64,000 nucleotides of DNA from a virus: the IMG/VR virus record IMGVR_UViG_3300037313_001714, positions 54,454 through 118,453 of that record, one strand, 5' to 3'. The notes under the pieces were generated by a model that worked only from the letters and a program-made list of their open reading frames with translations, did not search any database and had not been told where the DNA came from. A program made the position numbers and the translations under genes. Position 1 is the first letter of the stretch; each line of letters starts with the position of its first letter. This document shows, in pieces, positions 26,467-35,500 of this stretch.

Positions 26467-26797
26467 CGGTGGGAACCTCCGGTTGTTCGTCGGGATGGGC
26501 CGCGGCATAGGCGCGCGCCTCCTCGCGGGCGGCCGCTTCCGCGGCCAGGTGTTCTGCCGCGGCGTTGCGCACGCTGGCGGCCTTCTGGTTGCCGCGCGTG
26601 ACAGCCGCATCGATGCGGTCGCTGCCCTTGCGGGCGTTGATGATGTTCTTGCCGGTGGTCTTGGCCGAGTCCATCGCCAGGTGCGCGTTGGCGCGCATGT
26701 GCAGCCACTGCTGGATGCCCCAGGCGCCGCCGACCCCGAGCAGCAGCCCGAAGAACAGCATCACCATCCAGAATTTGATGTGCTCCAGAATCGTCAT
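26315..26797 (-). CDS. i-spanin (Rz-like)
   Basis: N-terminal TM segment plus coiled-coil; follows the endolysin. Confidence 0.75.
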   Translation of the reverse strand: MTILEHIKFWMVMLFFGLLLGVGGAWGIQQWLHMRANAHLAMDSAKTTGKNIINARKGSDRIDAAVTRGNQKAASVRNAAAEHLAAEAAAREEARAYAAAHPDEQPEVPTDAQNATVDPAARLDDDTVRLLNAARAGDAAGAAASGDAKGPAPAAAEAAR

Positions 26798-27351
26798 GCG
26801 CTGGCCTTCACTTGCGGTTGCGGGGCGGCCAGCGGCTCCAGGCACCAGGCGCGCTCGAACAGGCGCCGGTTGTAGAGACCGCGCACGAAGCGCGCGCCGT
26901 GGTTGGTGTAGCTCCAGACCGGCGTGCCGTCGGGGCCTTGGGCGATGGCGTCGCAGCCGGCGGCAGCGTCACCGGCCTTGATCAGCGCCATGGCGCGCGA
27001 GCCGCAGGCGTTGGCCACGCCCACGTTGATGGCGAACAGGGTCAGCGCGTCGAACTGGTGCTGGTTGAGCACCGGGTGATCGGCGGTGTGGCCCGAGCAC
27101 TGGATGATCGCGAGGCCGTACTTGGCGGCGTCGGCCGCGCGGATGTGACTGCACTCGTCCTCGCTGACCTGCGAGCCGACCTTCATCTTCCAGTCGGTGT
27201 GGCCCGAGCAGACGGTGGGCAGGCCGCCGGCGAGCTTGTCGGCGTAGACGGTGGTCTCGTCGCCCTCCCACTGGGACATGGCGCCGAGGATGGAGGCGCT
27301 GGCCACCACCAGCCCGGCGACCACCTTGGTGCCGCGGCTGATGTCAGGCAT
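26794..27351 (-). CDS. Endolysin (GH24 lysozyme, probable SAR type)
   Basis: EG...YAD...GLPTVCSGHT catalytic E/D/T; QFDALTLFAINVG; GLYNRR; weakly hydrophobic Ala/Gly/Ser-rich N-terminus. Confidence 0.9.
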   Translation of the reverse strand: MPDISRGTKVVAGLVVASASILGAMSQWEGDETTVYADKLAGGLPTVCSGHTDWKMKVGSQVSEDECSHIRAADAAKYGLAIIQCSGHTADHPVLNQHQFDALTLFAINVGVANACGSRAMALIKAGDAAAGCDAIAQGPDGTPVWSYTNHGARFVRGLYNRRLFERAWCLEPLAAPQPQVKASA

Positions 27352-27592
27352 CCTGGTTCGCCTTCACCTGCAGGGCCTCTTCGATCTTGCCTTCCTTGAC
27401 CAGGATCTGGCGCAGCTTGCGTCGCTCGAGCCAGTCCCAGAAGCGCACGCCGTACCAGGCGATCGAGACGAGGGCCGCCAGGCCCGGCAGCCAACCGAAG
27501 ATGGCGGCGATGATGCCGGCGAAGGCGGCATGATCGGTGTGACCCTTGACCGAGTCGCTGAGACCGCCGATGAAACTGGAGAGGAGCGTCAT
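27344..27592 (-). CDS. Holin candidate
   Basis: 82 aa, hydrophobic core, charged C-terminus, overlaps the endolysin start. Confidence 0.7.
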   Translation of the reverse strand: MTLLSSFIGGLSDSVKGHTDHAAFAGIIAAIFGWLPGLAALVSIAWYGVRFWDWLERRKLRQILVKEGKIEEALQVKANQDA

Positions 27593-27654
27593 GCTGGAAC
27601 CTGCAGAGGTGGTCCTTCAGCGGTCGCTCGCCTCGGGGGTATCTTGGTTGCGGC

Positions 27655-27697
27655 AGTCTAGCTGAAACCCGACCGGAAATCAAGTCACTGCTGACTT
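27655..27697 (-). promoter_or_regulatory. Lysis-cassette promoter with the operator over -35
   Basis: TTGATT (27683-27678)-17 nt-TAGACT (27660-27655); perfect operator at 27682-27697. Confidence 0.7.
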
Positions 27698-27703
27698 ATC
27701 TGG

Positions 27704-30700
27704 TCAGAAGTTGCTGCCGGTGAACAGTGCGTCGGCAATGCCTCGGATCACCACCAGATCCAGGTGGAGGAGGTCGAACGCCTCGCTGGCCGTCAGGGCG
27801 CCGGCCACCAGCACGCTGCCGGTGATCTGGGTGCTGTCCGGGTCTTCCGTCGCGACGAGGTCGACCAGCCCGCCGTGCTCGAGCACGCCCGCGAAGCCGT
27901 CGGCCAGCTGCTCGATCGCGGCGACCACGCCGGCCACCAGCACGTGCAGGTCGCCCACCAGGGTGTCGGCATCCTCGGTGGCGGCCGCGCTGCCCTGCAC
28001 CAGCACGCTGGCGCTGATGTTGGCGCGGTCCAGGCCCGGGTCTTCGGCGCCGGCCAGGTCGCCCGAGACGAGCACCGAGACGCTCGCGCTCGCGCTGTCG
28101 GGGGCTTCGGTGAGCGCCATGCCACCGTCGACGATCACCTGCGCCGTCACCGGGCCGAAGGTGTCGGCGCCGCTCTCGCCGGCGGCCAGGTCGGCCGTGA
28201 CATAGACGGTGGCGGCCGCGGCCGCGGTGTCGCTCGCCTCGGTCGCCGCCAGCGCCCCGCTCACCAGCACCGACGCTGCGATGGCGGCCGCATCGGGCGC
28301 TTCGGTCGCGCCCACGCTGCCCGTGACCAGCACACCCAGCGTGCCGCTTGCGCTGTCCGCGCCCTCGGTGGCGGCCAGGCTGGCGCCGATCCAGCCGGTG
28401 GCGCTGGCGGCGAAGGTGTCGTTGGCTTCGCTGGCGGCCAGGCTGGCCTGGACCAGCACGCTGCCGGCGATCTGGGCCGTGTCGGGCGCTTCGGTGACGT
28501 CCAGCAGGCCCTGCACCAGCACGCTGGCAGCGAAGGCCGCGACGTCTGGCGCCTCGGTGGCGGCGAAGCTCGCGTTGTCCAGCAGGACCACGCTGGCCGC
28601 GAAGGTGTCGGCGCCCTCGCTCGCCGCGAGTGTGCCTTGCACCAGCACGCTGACGCTGGCTGCCGCGCTGTCGGCGTTCTCGGTGGCTGCCAGCGTGCTG
28701 TTGATGGTCTGCAGGCCGGTGCAGTCGATCGCGGCGGTGTCGGCCCCGCTCTCGCTGGCGGCCAGGCTGGCATTCCACCAGGGCCCGGCCGCGCTCATCG
28801 CCGCGCTGTCGAAGCCGCCTTCCACCGCGCCCAGGCTGCCTTGCACCAGCACGCTGGCCGCCAGGCTGGCCGTGTCGGCGCCGCTTTCGCTGCTCGTCAG
28901 GTCGCCGGACACCAGCACGCCGGCGCTGAAGCTCGCGCTGTCGCTGGCCTCGGTGGCGGCCAGGCTGACGTTGGTGAAGTTGCTGACCTGGATGCTGGCG
29001 CTGTCCGCGCCCTCGGTGGCGGCCAGCGCGCCTTGCACCAGGACGGCCGCGCTCAGGCTGGCCGTATCGGCGTCTTCGGTGGCCGCCAAGCTGGCGTTCC
29101 AGTACGGCCCTTCCGCGGTGGCGGCCGCGGTGTCGGGGCCGCTCTCGGTGGCAGCGAGGGAACCCTGCACCAGCACGCTGACACTGGCCGCGGCGCTGTC
29201 GTTGCCTTCGGTCGCAGCCAGGCTGGCGTTCCAGTACGGGCCACTGGCCGTGATGGCCGCGCTGTCGGCCGCTTCCGTGACCGCCAGGCTGCCCTGCACC
29301 AGGACGGCGCCGGTCATCGCGGCGGTGTCGGCCGCTTCGGTGACGGCCAGGCTGGCATTCCACCACGGGCCCGTCAGGGTGCCACTGGCGGTGTCGCTGC
29401 CCGACTCGGTGGCCGCCAGCGAGGCGTTCCACCAGGGACCGGCAACCGTCACGGCGGCCGTGTCGGCACCTTCGGTCGGGGCGAAGCTCGTGACCTGGAC
29501 CAGCACGCTGGCCGACAGGGATGCCGTGTCGCTGCCCGACTCGGTGGCCGCCAGCGTGGTGTTGTCGGCCGTGGACAGGATGTTGAAGTTGTCCCACAGC
29601 GCGGTGGTGGCGCTGGCGCCGGTGGTCGCGCCGGCGTCGCCGGTGACCAGGCCCTGGTAGAGGTTGCTGACCGGGAAATTCAGGCTGCTGGTGGCCAGCG
29701 TCGCGAAGGTGCTCCACGAGCCGGCCGACCCGCTGCCGTTGTCCGCCGCGGTGGAGAGCGTCAGCGTGCCGCCGGACTCGCTGATCTGCAGCCACTGGTG
29801 GTTGGTCGCATCGTACGTGGCGTCCGTGCCGATCGTCGTGTACGTGCCGTTGTTGGCGTACTCGGCGTGCAGCACGCCGTTGCTGGTGCCGTCCGAGTTC
29901 CAGCCGAAGCTGATGACGTTGCCGTCGTCGAACACCTGACTGGACGGCAGCAGCTGGATGTGCGCGGTGGCGCCGCTGCTGATGCTGCCTTGCGGCTTCT
30001 GGGCCAGTCGGACGGTGACGCTGCTGCCGGTGAGGTCGAACGGCGTCGTCGTCATGACGCGGGCATAGCCCGCTGCCGAGGCGTTGTACGTCTGCTGCAG
30101 GACTGTCAGGCTGCCCGAGGTGGTGCCCGGGGTGTTGCTGCAGCTGGCGTCGTTGGCCTCGGCCCAGTGGGTGGCCAGCGTGGCGCTGTCGAAGGTGTCG
30201 GTGAGGGTCGCGGCCTTGTTGGACGCCGTCGTCGTGGTGAACGTCGGCGTCGTGATCGTGCAGTTGGTGCCGACCTTGAACAACCAGTCGGCGCTGTTGC
30301 TGCCGCCGGCCGTCACCGTCTCCATCGCCACCGAGACGAACAGGTATTCGCCTTCGAGGGTGAGGGAGCCTGGCGACCACGTGACCGAGGCGTTCTGGAC
30401 CGTCGAGGTGTTGCCGGTGATGTTGCCGGTCTGCAGCGTGGCGCTGGTCAGCTCGCGCAGGCTGATCCCGCCGCCTTCATCGATCGACGCGAAGACGCGC
30501 ACCCGGATCGCATCCACCTGGCTCGAAGCCAGCGTGGAGATCATCCCGAAGTTGAACGTCCAGTTGGTGGCGGCAAAGGTGCCGCTGTAGACCTTCTGGG
30601 TGCGAAAGGCGTTGCCGTTGGTGTCGTCGATCGTCGCCGCCGGCAACACCGTCGTGCCGAACGAAGTGGAGGCCTGCTTGGTGCCTTTCTTGAACGGCGC

Positions 30701-30844
30701 GTAGCGGCTGGCCGCGGTCTTGGCGACGGTCCAGCCGGCCGTCGAGTTGGCCGTGGTGGGCGCGGTGCCGCCATCCTGGATCGACGCGCAGTGGCCCGCG
30801 CCCGGCGCGAGCGTGTCTGGCAGCAGATACCAGGTGGTGGACAT
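27704..30844 (-). CDS. Large repetitive fibre-like virion protein (beta-rich N-terminal part plus 28 repeats of 21-24 aa)
   Basis: Repeat consensus (A/G)SLAATE-x2/3-D(T/S)A...ending VLVQ or GP(W/Y)WN; located in the fibre module. Confidence 0.75.
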   Translation of the reverse strand: MSTTWYLLPDTLAPGAGHCASIQDGGTAPTTANSTAGWTVAKTAASRYAPFKKGTKQASTSFGTTVLPAATIDDTNGNAFRTQKVYSGTFAATNWTFNFGMISTLASSQVDAIRVRVFASIDEGGGISLRELTSATLQTGNITGNTSTVQNASVTWSPGSLTLEGEYLFVSVAMETVTAGGSNSADWLFKVGTNCTITTPTFTTTTASNKAATLTDTFDSATLATHWAEANDASCSNTPGTTSGSLTVLQQTYNASAAGYARVMTTTPFDLTGSSVTVRLAQKPQGSISSGATAHIQLLPSSQVFDDGNVISFGWNSDGTSNGVLHAEYANNGTYTTIGTDATYDATNHQWLQISESGGTLTLSTAADNGSGSAGSWSTFATLATSSLNFPVSNLYQGLVTGDAGATTGASATTALWDNFNILSTADNTTLAATESGSDTASLSASVLVQVTSFAPTEGADTAAVTVAGPWWNASLAATESGSDTASGTLTGPWWNASLAVTEAADTAAMTGAVLVQGSLAVTEAADSAAITASGPYWNASLAATEGNDSAAASVSVLVQGSLAATESGPDTAAATAEGPYWNASLAATEDADTASLSAAVLVQGALAATEGADSASIQVSNFTNVSLAATEASDSASFSAGVLVSGDLTSSESGADTASLAASVLVQGSLGAVEGGFDSAAMSAAGPWWNASLAASESGADTAAIDCTGLQTINSTLAATENADSAAASVSVLVQGTLAASEGADTFAASVVLLDNASFAATEAPDVAAFAASVLVQGLLDVTEAPDTAQIAGSVLVQASLAASEANDTFAASATGWIGASLAATEGADSASGTLGVLVTGSVGATEAPDAAAIAASVLVSGALAATEASDTAAAAATVYVTADLAAGESGADTFGPVTAQVIVDGGMALTEAPDSASASVSVLVSGDLAGAEDPGLDRANISASVLVQGSAAATEDADTLVGDLHVLVAGVVAAIEQLADGFAGVLEHGGLVDLVATEDPDSTQITGSVLVAGALTASEAFDLLHLDLVVIRGIADALFTGSNF
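27760..29570 (-). repeat. Intragenic tandem repeat, about 63-72 nt unit, 28 units
   Basis: Counted from the translation; boundaries approximate. Confidence 0.85.
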
Positions 30845-30845
30845 C

Positions 30846-31145
30846 TCAGCTCACGCGCGTGAAGACGTAGGTGCAGTCCGGCTTGTCGGCGATGTGCTCG
30901 GGCACCGAGGGCCAGACGTTGCAGCCGTTGAGGTACGCGGCGCTCGCGCGGCCGGTGCACTGCAGCACCCCGTTGGCATCCGTGGCGAGGTAGTGGCAAG
31001 CGCCGGCCGCGCCGGTGTCAACGTCGGCCTGGCAGCAGGCGCCGCAGTGACAGCAGTAGCCGGTGCGGCGCCAGGTGACGCCGGCAGCGTCGGTGTAATC
31101 GACCGGGTCTTCGGCCTGGACGATCGCAATGAACGGCTGGGCCAT
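30846..31145 (-). CDS. Cys-rich protein, YkgJ/CxxCxxCC-like metal or Fe-S binding
   Basis: CCHCGACC...CHYL...C...GCNVWP...C. Confidence 0.6.
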   Translation of the reverse strand: MAQPFIAIVQAEDPVDYTDAAGVTWRRTGYCCHCGACCQADVDTGAAGACHYLATDANGVLQCTGRASAAYLNGCNVWPSVPEHIADKPDCTYVFTRVS

Positions 31146-31162
31146 GTCTGCCCGCCGCGCGC

Positions 31163-31540
31163 TTAGGCGTGGGTGATGGTGGCGCTCGAGAGCTTGATGC
31201 TCTGGCCCGAAGTGATCGAGGTGGAGTCGACCACGATGTCGGTGCCGCTCGTGCCCACCGTCAGCCCGGTGACGATGTCGGTGCCGCCGGTGGCGGTGCG
31301 GATGCGGCCGGCCGCCGCGGTGCCGGTGGCGGCAGCCGTCACCGTCTGCGGGAATGCCGGCGAGCCGGCGAAGGTGAGCACGCCGCCCGAGGCGGTGCCG
31401 GCGGTGGACGCCAGCGTGAAGGTGGCGAGCACGGTGGCCATCGCGCTCGTGCCGATCTCGATGACGCCGGTGGCGCCGATGGCCGTCACCACGGCGCTCA
31501 GGCGCGAGTTCTTGACGGCAGTGGTGTAAGTGACAGCCAT
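31163..31540 (-). CDS. Small virion structural protein
   Basis: Ala/Thr/Gly-rich beta protein within the fibre module. Confidence 0.6.
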   Translation of the reverse strand: MAVTYTTAVKNSRLSAVVTAIGATGVIEIGTSAMATVLATFTLASTAGTASGGVLTFAGSPAFPQTVTAAATGTAAAGRIRTATGGTDIVTGLTVGTSGTDIVVDSTSITSGQSIKLSSATITHA

Positions 31541-31619
31541 TTCTGGTTCCTAGGTTGTGCGCGAAGTCACCAGTGACTTAGTGCGCGGGTTGCAAAACGG
31601 GTGGTCTTTCGGATGCGGG

Positions 31620-32117
31620 TCAGACGTCGCCGACCTTGGACAGCGACTGGATGAAGCGGCTGCCGCTCCAGTACAGCGACAGCAGCGACTCGCCGTTGGC
31701 GGCCTGGTTGATCTGCGGCACGGCGGCCGAGGCGAGCCAGCGGCCCGTCTCGAGATTGGCGAAGGTGAGCTGGTGGCCGCCGCTGGCGTCCTGGGCGATG
31801 CGGACTTGGTAGTTGCCGCAGCCGGCGGCGGTGGGGTCGATCGTGAGCGCCAGGTCGCCGCTGAGGGTGATCGCCTGCTTCTGACCGTTGGACAGCGCCA
31901 GGGTGTAGGCGCCGGCGTGGCTGCCGTTGTCGATCTCGTCGGCAAAGCCCACCGTCAGCGCGTGGTACAGCGGCGCGCCGTGCATGTCGATCGGCCCGCC
32001 CGCGTAGGCTGGGCCGGCCGGCCCCGGGATGCCGATCTCCAGCAGCTCGGGGGAGCTTTCGGTGACCACCAGGACTTCGGTCGGCGTCACCAGGAATTCT
32101 TGGATCGGGTCGCTCAT
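31620..32117 (-). CDS. Fibre-associated protein
   Basis: C-terminal domain (LALSNGQKQAITLSG...AQDASGGHQLTF) resembles the N-terminal domain of the 2023-aa fibre (WDASKGSIATLTLTG...IQPHTGG). Confidence 0.6.
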   Translation of the reverse strand: MSDPIQEFLVTPTEVLVVTESSPELLEIGIPGPAGPAYAGGPIDMHGAPLYHALTVGFADEIDNGSHAGAYTLALSNGQKQAITLSGDLALTIDPTAAGCGNYQVRIAQDASGGHQLTFANLETGRWLASAAVPQINQAANGESLLSLYWSGSRFIQSLSKVGDV

Positions 32118-32121
32118 GGCC

Positions 32122-32487
32122 TCAGTGCTCCACCACCACGTCGCCCTTGAGCAGCTTGTGCGCGTAGCCGGCGGGGAAGTCGGCGCTGACCGGGTAGCGC
32201 ACGAAGCACACGTAGTCGGCGCCCTCCTCGTCGTCCCAGCTGAACTTGGCGCTCTGGCTGTCCTGGATCAGGATGCGGATCGAGCCGTTGGCCAGCTGCA
32301 GGCCACCGCCCGCCTTGTCCAGCCGCAGCACCTGGGTGCGCTTGGCGTCCTTGCGCCGGATCACCAGCCAGGCGTCGGTGCACGTCGACAGGTCCACCGG
32401 CGTGCGCTCGGCCCCGCTGCTGTAGTAGAGCGTGCGGTCGAAGCTGGCGCCCTGTTGCAGCGTGAGGTCGTACTGGAAGGTGAGCAT
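32122..32487 (-). CDS. Fibre attachment / baseplate-upper-like protein
   Basis: LTLQQGASFDRTLYY...PVDLS pattern; position between fibre genes. Confidence 0.55.
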   Translation of the reverse strand: MLTFQYDLTLQQGASFDRTLYYSSGAERTPVDLSTCTDAWLVIRRKDAKRTQVLRLDKAGGGLQLANGSIRILIQDSQSAKFSWDDEEGADYVCFVRYPVSADFPAGYAHKLLKGDVVVEH

Positions 32488-32502
32488 GGCGGATCAGGCT
32501 GA

Positions 32503-32545
32503 ACTGTAGCGGCAAACGCCCCGGAAATCAAGTCACCGATGACTT
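32503..32545 (-). promoter_or_regulatory. Promoter with the operator over -35
   Basis: TTGATT (32531-32526)-17 nt-TACAGT (32508-32503); perfect operator at 32530-32545. Confidence 0.7.
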
Positions 32546-32550
32546 ATGCA

Positions 32551-35500
32551 TCAGGGCAGCCACCAGCAGCCCGCGGCCACCACCAGGCACAGCAGCTGGA
32601 TTTCGCTGTCGTAATAGCCGGTCGTGAGGTGGCGCAGGTTCCAGTCGAACAGCGAGTTGAGCATCGACTGATAACTGGAGTCGGTCATCATCGCCAGCAT
32701 CGCCGGCGCGACGAACGAGGGGCTGGAGCTGCCGTCGGTGTTGCCGGTGCCCTGGCGGTTGCCGCTCATGTCGTAGCCGTCGCGGATGCCGATCAGCCAG
32801 TCGTTGGTGCCGGTGACGGTGCCGTTGGCCTGCGACTGGAAGAAGTTCGCCATTCGCATGGTGTAGGTCTTCAGCGTCGCGTCCGCGGAGAACACGTAGT
32901 CGGTGCCGAAGCGCCACGGGTCGCGGCAGGCGTTCCAGTAGTAGTACATCTCCGTGGGCGTGCCGTCGCCGATGCCGCCCGGCGACAGCCCGGGGCTGTT
33001 GCCGTCGCAGTTGATGGCGAAGTCCGGCAGCAGGCCGGTGGACGGGCTGTAGGTGGTCTGCAGCTCGTTGATCAGGCTCTCGCACTTCGTGACGCAGGTG
33101 TCCCAGAAGGTGTCGCCGGTGGCCTTCTTGAACGATCGGAAGTGGCCCAGCATCCAGTCCGAGGTGCGGCTGTTGACGGCGCTCTGGATGCGCGGGAAGC
33201 CCAGCGCGTTGAAGTTGGCCGACTTCATCGCGTTGATCTTGCCGATCGCCTCAGCGCGGTAGTTCCACTGGCCGCTGGTGCTGCCCCACTGGGCGTCGGC
33301 CATCAGCAGCGCCAGCGCCATGTCCAGGTCGCCATCCACCGCGTTCCAGCCGCCGCCGGCGCTGCTGCCGTTGGCGTACAGCCGCCAGTCCATCAGGTAC
33401 TGGCTCACGCCCGGGATGTAGGGGTCGTAGGCGTACGCGGGGCGCGCCTTGACGGTGGCGTACAGGCCGTCGAAATACTGGCGCGCGGTGCCGTCGTGGC
33501 CGGCGAACAGCACGCACATCAGCATGGCGTAGCCCATGCCCTCAGAGACCGTGCAGTAGGTCGGGTCGGAGAACTGGTCGAGGTAGCCGCCGGCGACCAC
33601 CTGCGAGGCCGAGACGATGCGCGCGAGCTTCCAGGCGTCGTACTGGGCGGTGAGCTTGGTGTCCATCGCCGAGTTGGTGTAGTTGGTCGGCTTGATGCCG
33701 GCCGCGTACGTCTGGATGCGGTTGCCGTAGGGCATGCTCACCGTGCCCGGTGCCGGCGCCGGCGCAGGTCCCGGGGCGGGCGCGGGGCCGGGTGCCGGGG
33801 CGGGGGCCGCGGCGCCCATGGTGGCGTCGGCGTAGCCGGCCTGCTGGGCGACATAGTTGGCGGCGTTGACGCGGTCGGTCGGCGTGCCTGCATTGTTCTT
33901 GCGCAGGATCATCGCGTACATGTAGCCGTACCAGTCGTTCGACTCGGCCACGCCCTGGTCGCCGTCGATCATGAAGCCGCTCGAGCCGGCTGTGGCGGTG
34001 CCGCAGGCGAGCGTCTCGATGGTGCCGCCGTTGATCCGCACGCCCAGCGAGCCGCCGTCGTGGTAGCACACCACCGTGTTGTCCTGGCCGAAGCGGATCT
34101 GCGCGGCGGTGGTCAGCGTCACCCGCGTGTTGCCGATGCCGACGGAGAACTCGACGTTGTTGTTCGGCGTGATGCGGATGCGGTAGCCGGCGTTGGCGGT
34201 ATTGGCGTCGCTGTAGAGCGTGCGGGTGATGCCATTGCCCGAGTAGTCCTGCGAGCACCAGGCGAACATGAAGCCCGAGGTCGAGCCACCGCCGCCGATC
34301 GTGCAGGGGAAGTTGGCGTAGATGTTCAGGTAGTCGACCCCGGCGTTGGTGGTGTTCCACACCGGGTTGCTCTGGAGATTGTTCTGGGTGATGTCGTTGC
34401 CGCGGCCCGACTTGTCCTTCCAGGTGCGCACGCCGCTGCCGGGGCCGGCCGCTTGCGCGCCCGTGCCGGTGTTGCCGATCAGCGTGGTGTGGTCCTTGGC
34501 GGTGTACCAGCCGCCCTGCGCGCTGTTGGCGAAGAAGGCGGCGATGGTGGCGTCCGAGACCGGCGTGCCGGTGCCCGGGGCCGGGGCGGGGGTCGGCGCC
34601 GGCGTGGGAGACGGTGCCGGGGCGGCCCCGGACAGCGTCGCGCCCGACAGCGACGCCATGTACTTCTCCAGCACGTTCAGCTCGGAGGTGCTGGGCGTGC
34701 CGGTGCCGACGATCGCGCCGTAGAATTGGCCGAGCGGCGCCGCAGTCTCGAAGAAGTTCACGTAGCCGCCCAGCAGGTGCATCGCGTTGTAGGGCGAGGC
34801 GGCGAAGGTGCTGGCGCCGCTGGCGACCTGGGCGCCGTTCTGGCGCAGCACCTGCGCGCCCTGCGCGTGCGTGAGCGCGAACACCTGCGGCGTGTTGACC
34901 GGCGGCGGCGTGCCCTTGAGCGTCACCGACAGGCCGTTCACGTCGTTGATCACCGCCTGCGGCGTGCCCGAAGCGAAGCCCAGCTCGGTGCGCTGCTGGC
35001 CCTCGTCATTGCCGGCGGCAAAGATGATGCCGCCCGAGGACGAGGCCGTCAGCGCGTAGCCCGCCACCACGAAGTGCGCATTGGTCAGGTCGAAGGCCAT
35101 CTTGTCCTTCGGCAGCGGGATCACGCCGGTCTGCGGCACCGTCTTGCGGCACCAGAAGCCGCGCTGCGGGTAGACCGAGGTGTCCAGCACGTACTTGCCG
35201 GCGCTGTCCTGCTGCAAGGTGGGCCGCTGGAACAGCTCGGAGCCTTCGTTGACGTCCGTGTTGTACCAGTTCAGCATCTCCATCGGGTTGGTGTTGCTGG
35301 ACATCGCGCCGGTGTCGCAGATCGCGCGCACCGGCCCCTTGAGCGTTGCCACCTGCGGGGTGGGCAGGTAGTCGGCCACCGCGTCCTGGGCGCGCCACAG
35401 CGCGCAGCTGTACTTGCCCACGACGGTCATCGCCGCGTCGGTCAGATTGGTCGCGGCGAGCGTCACCGGGTCGGTGTAGGTGTAGATCGTGCGGATCGGG

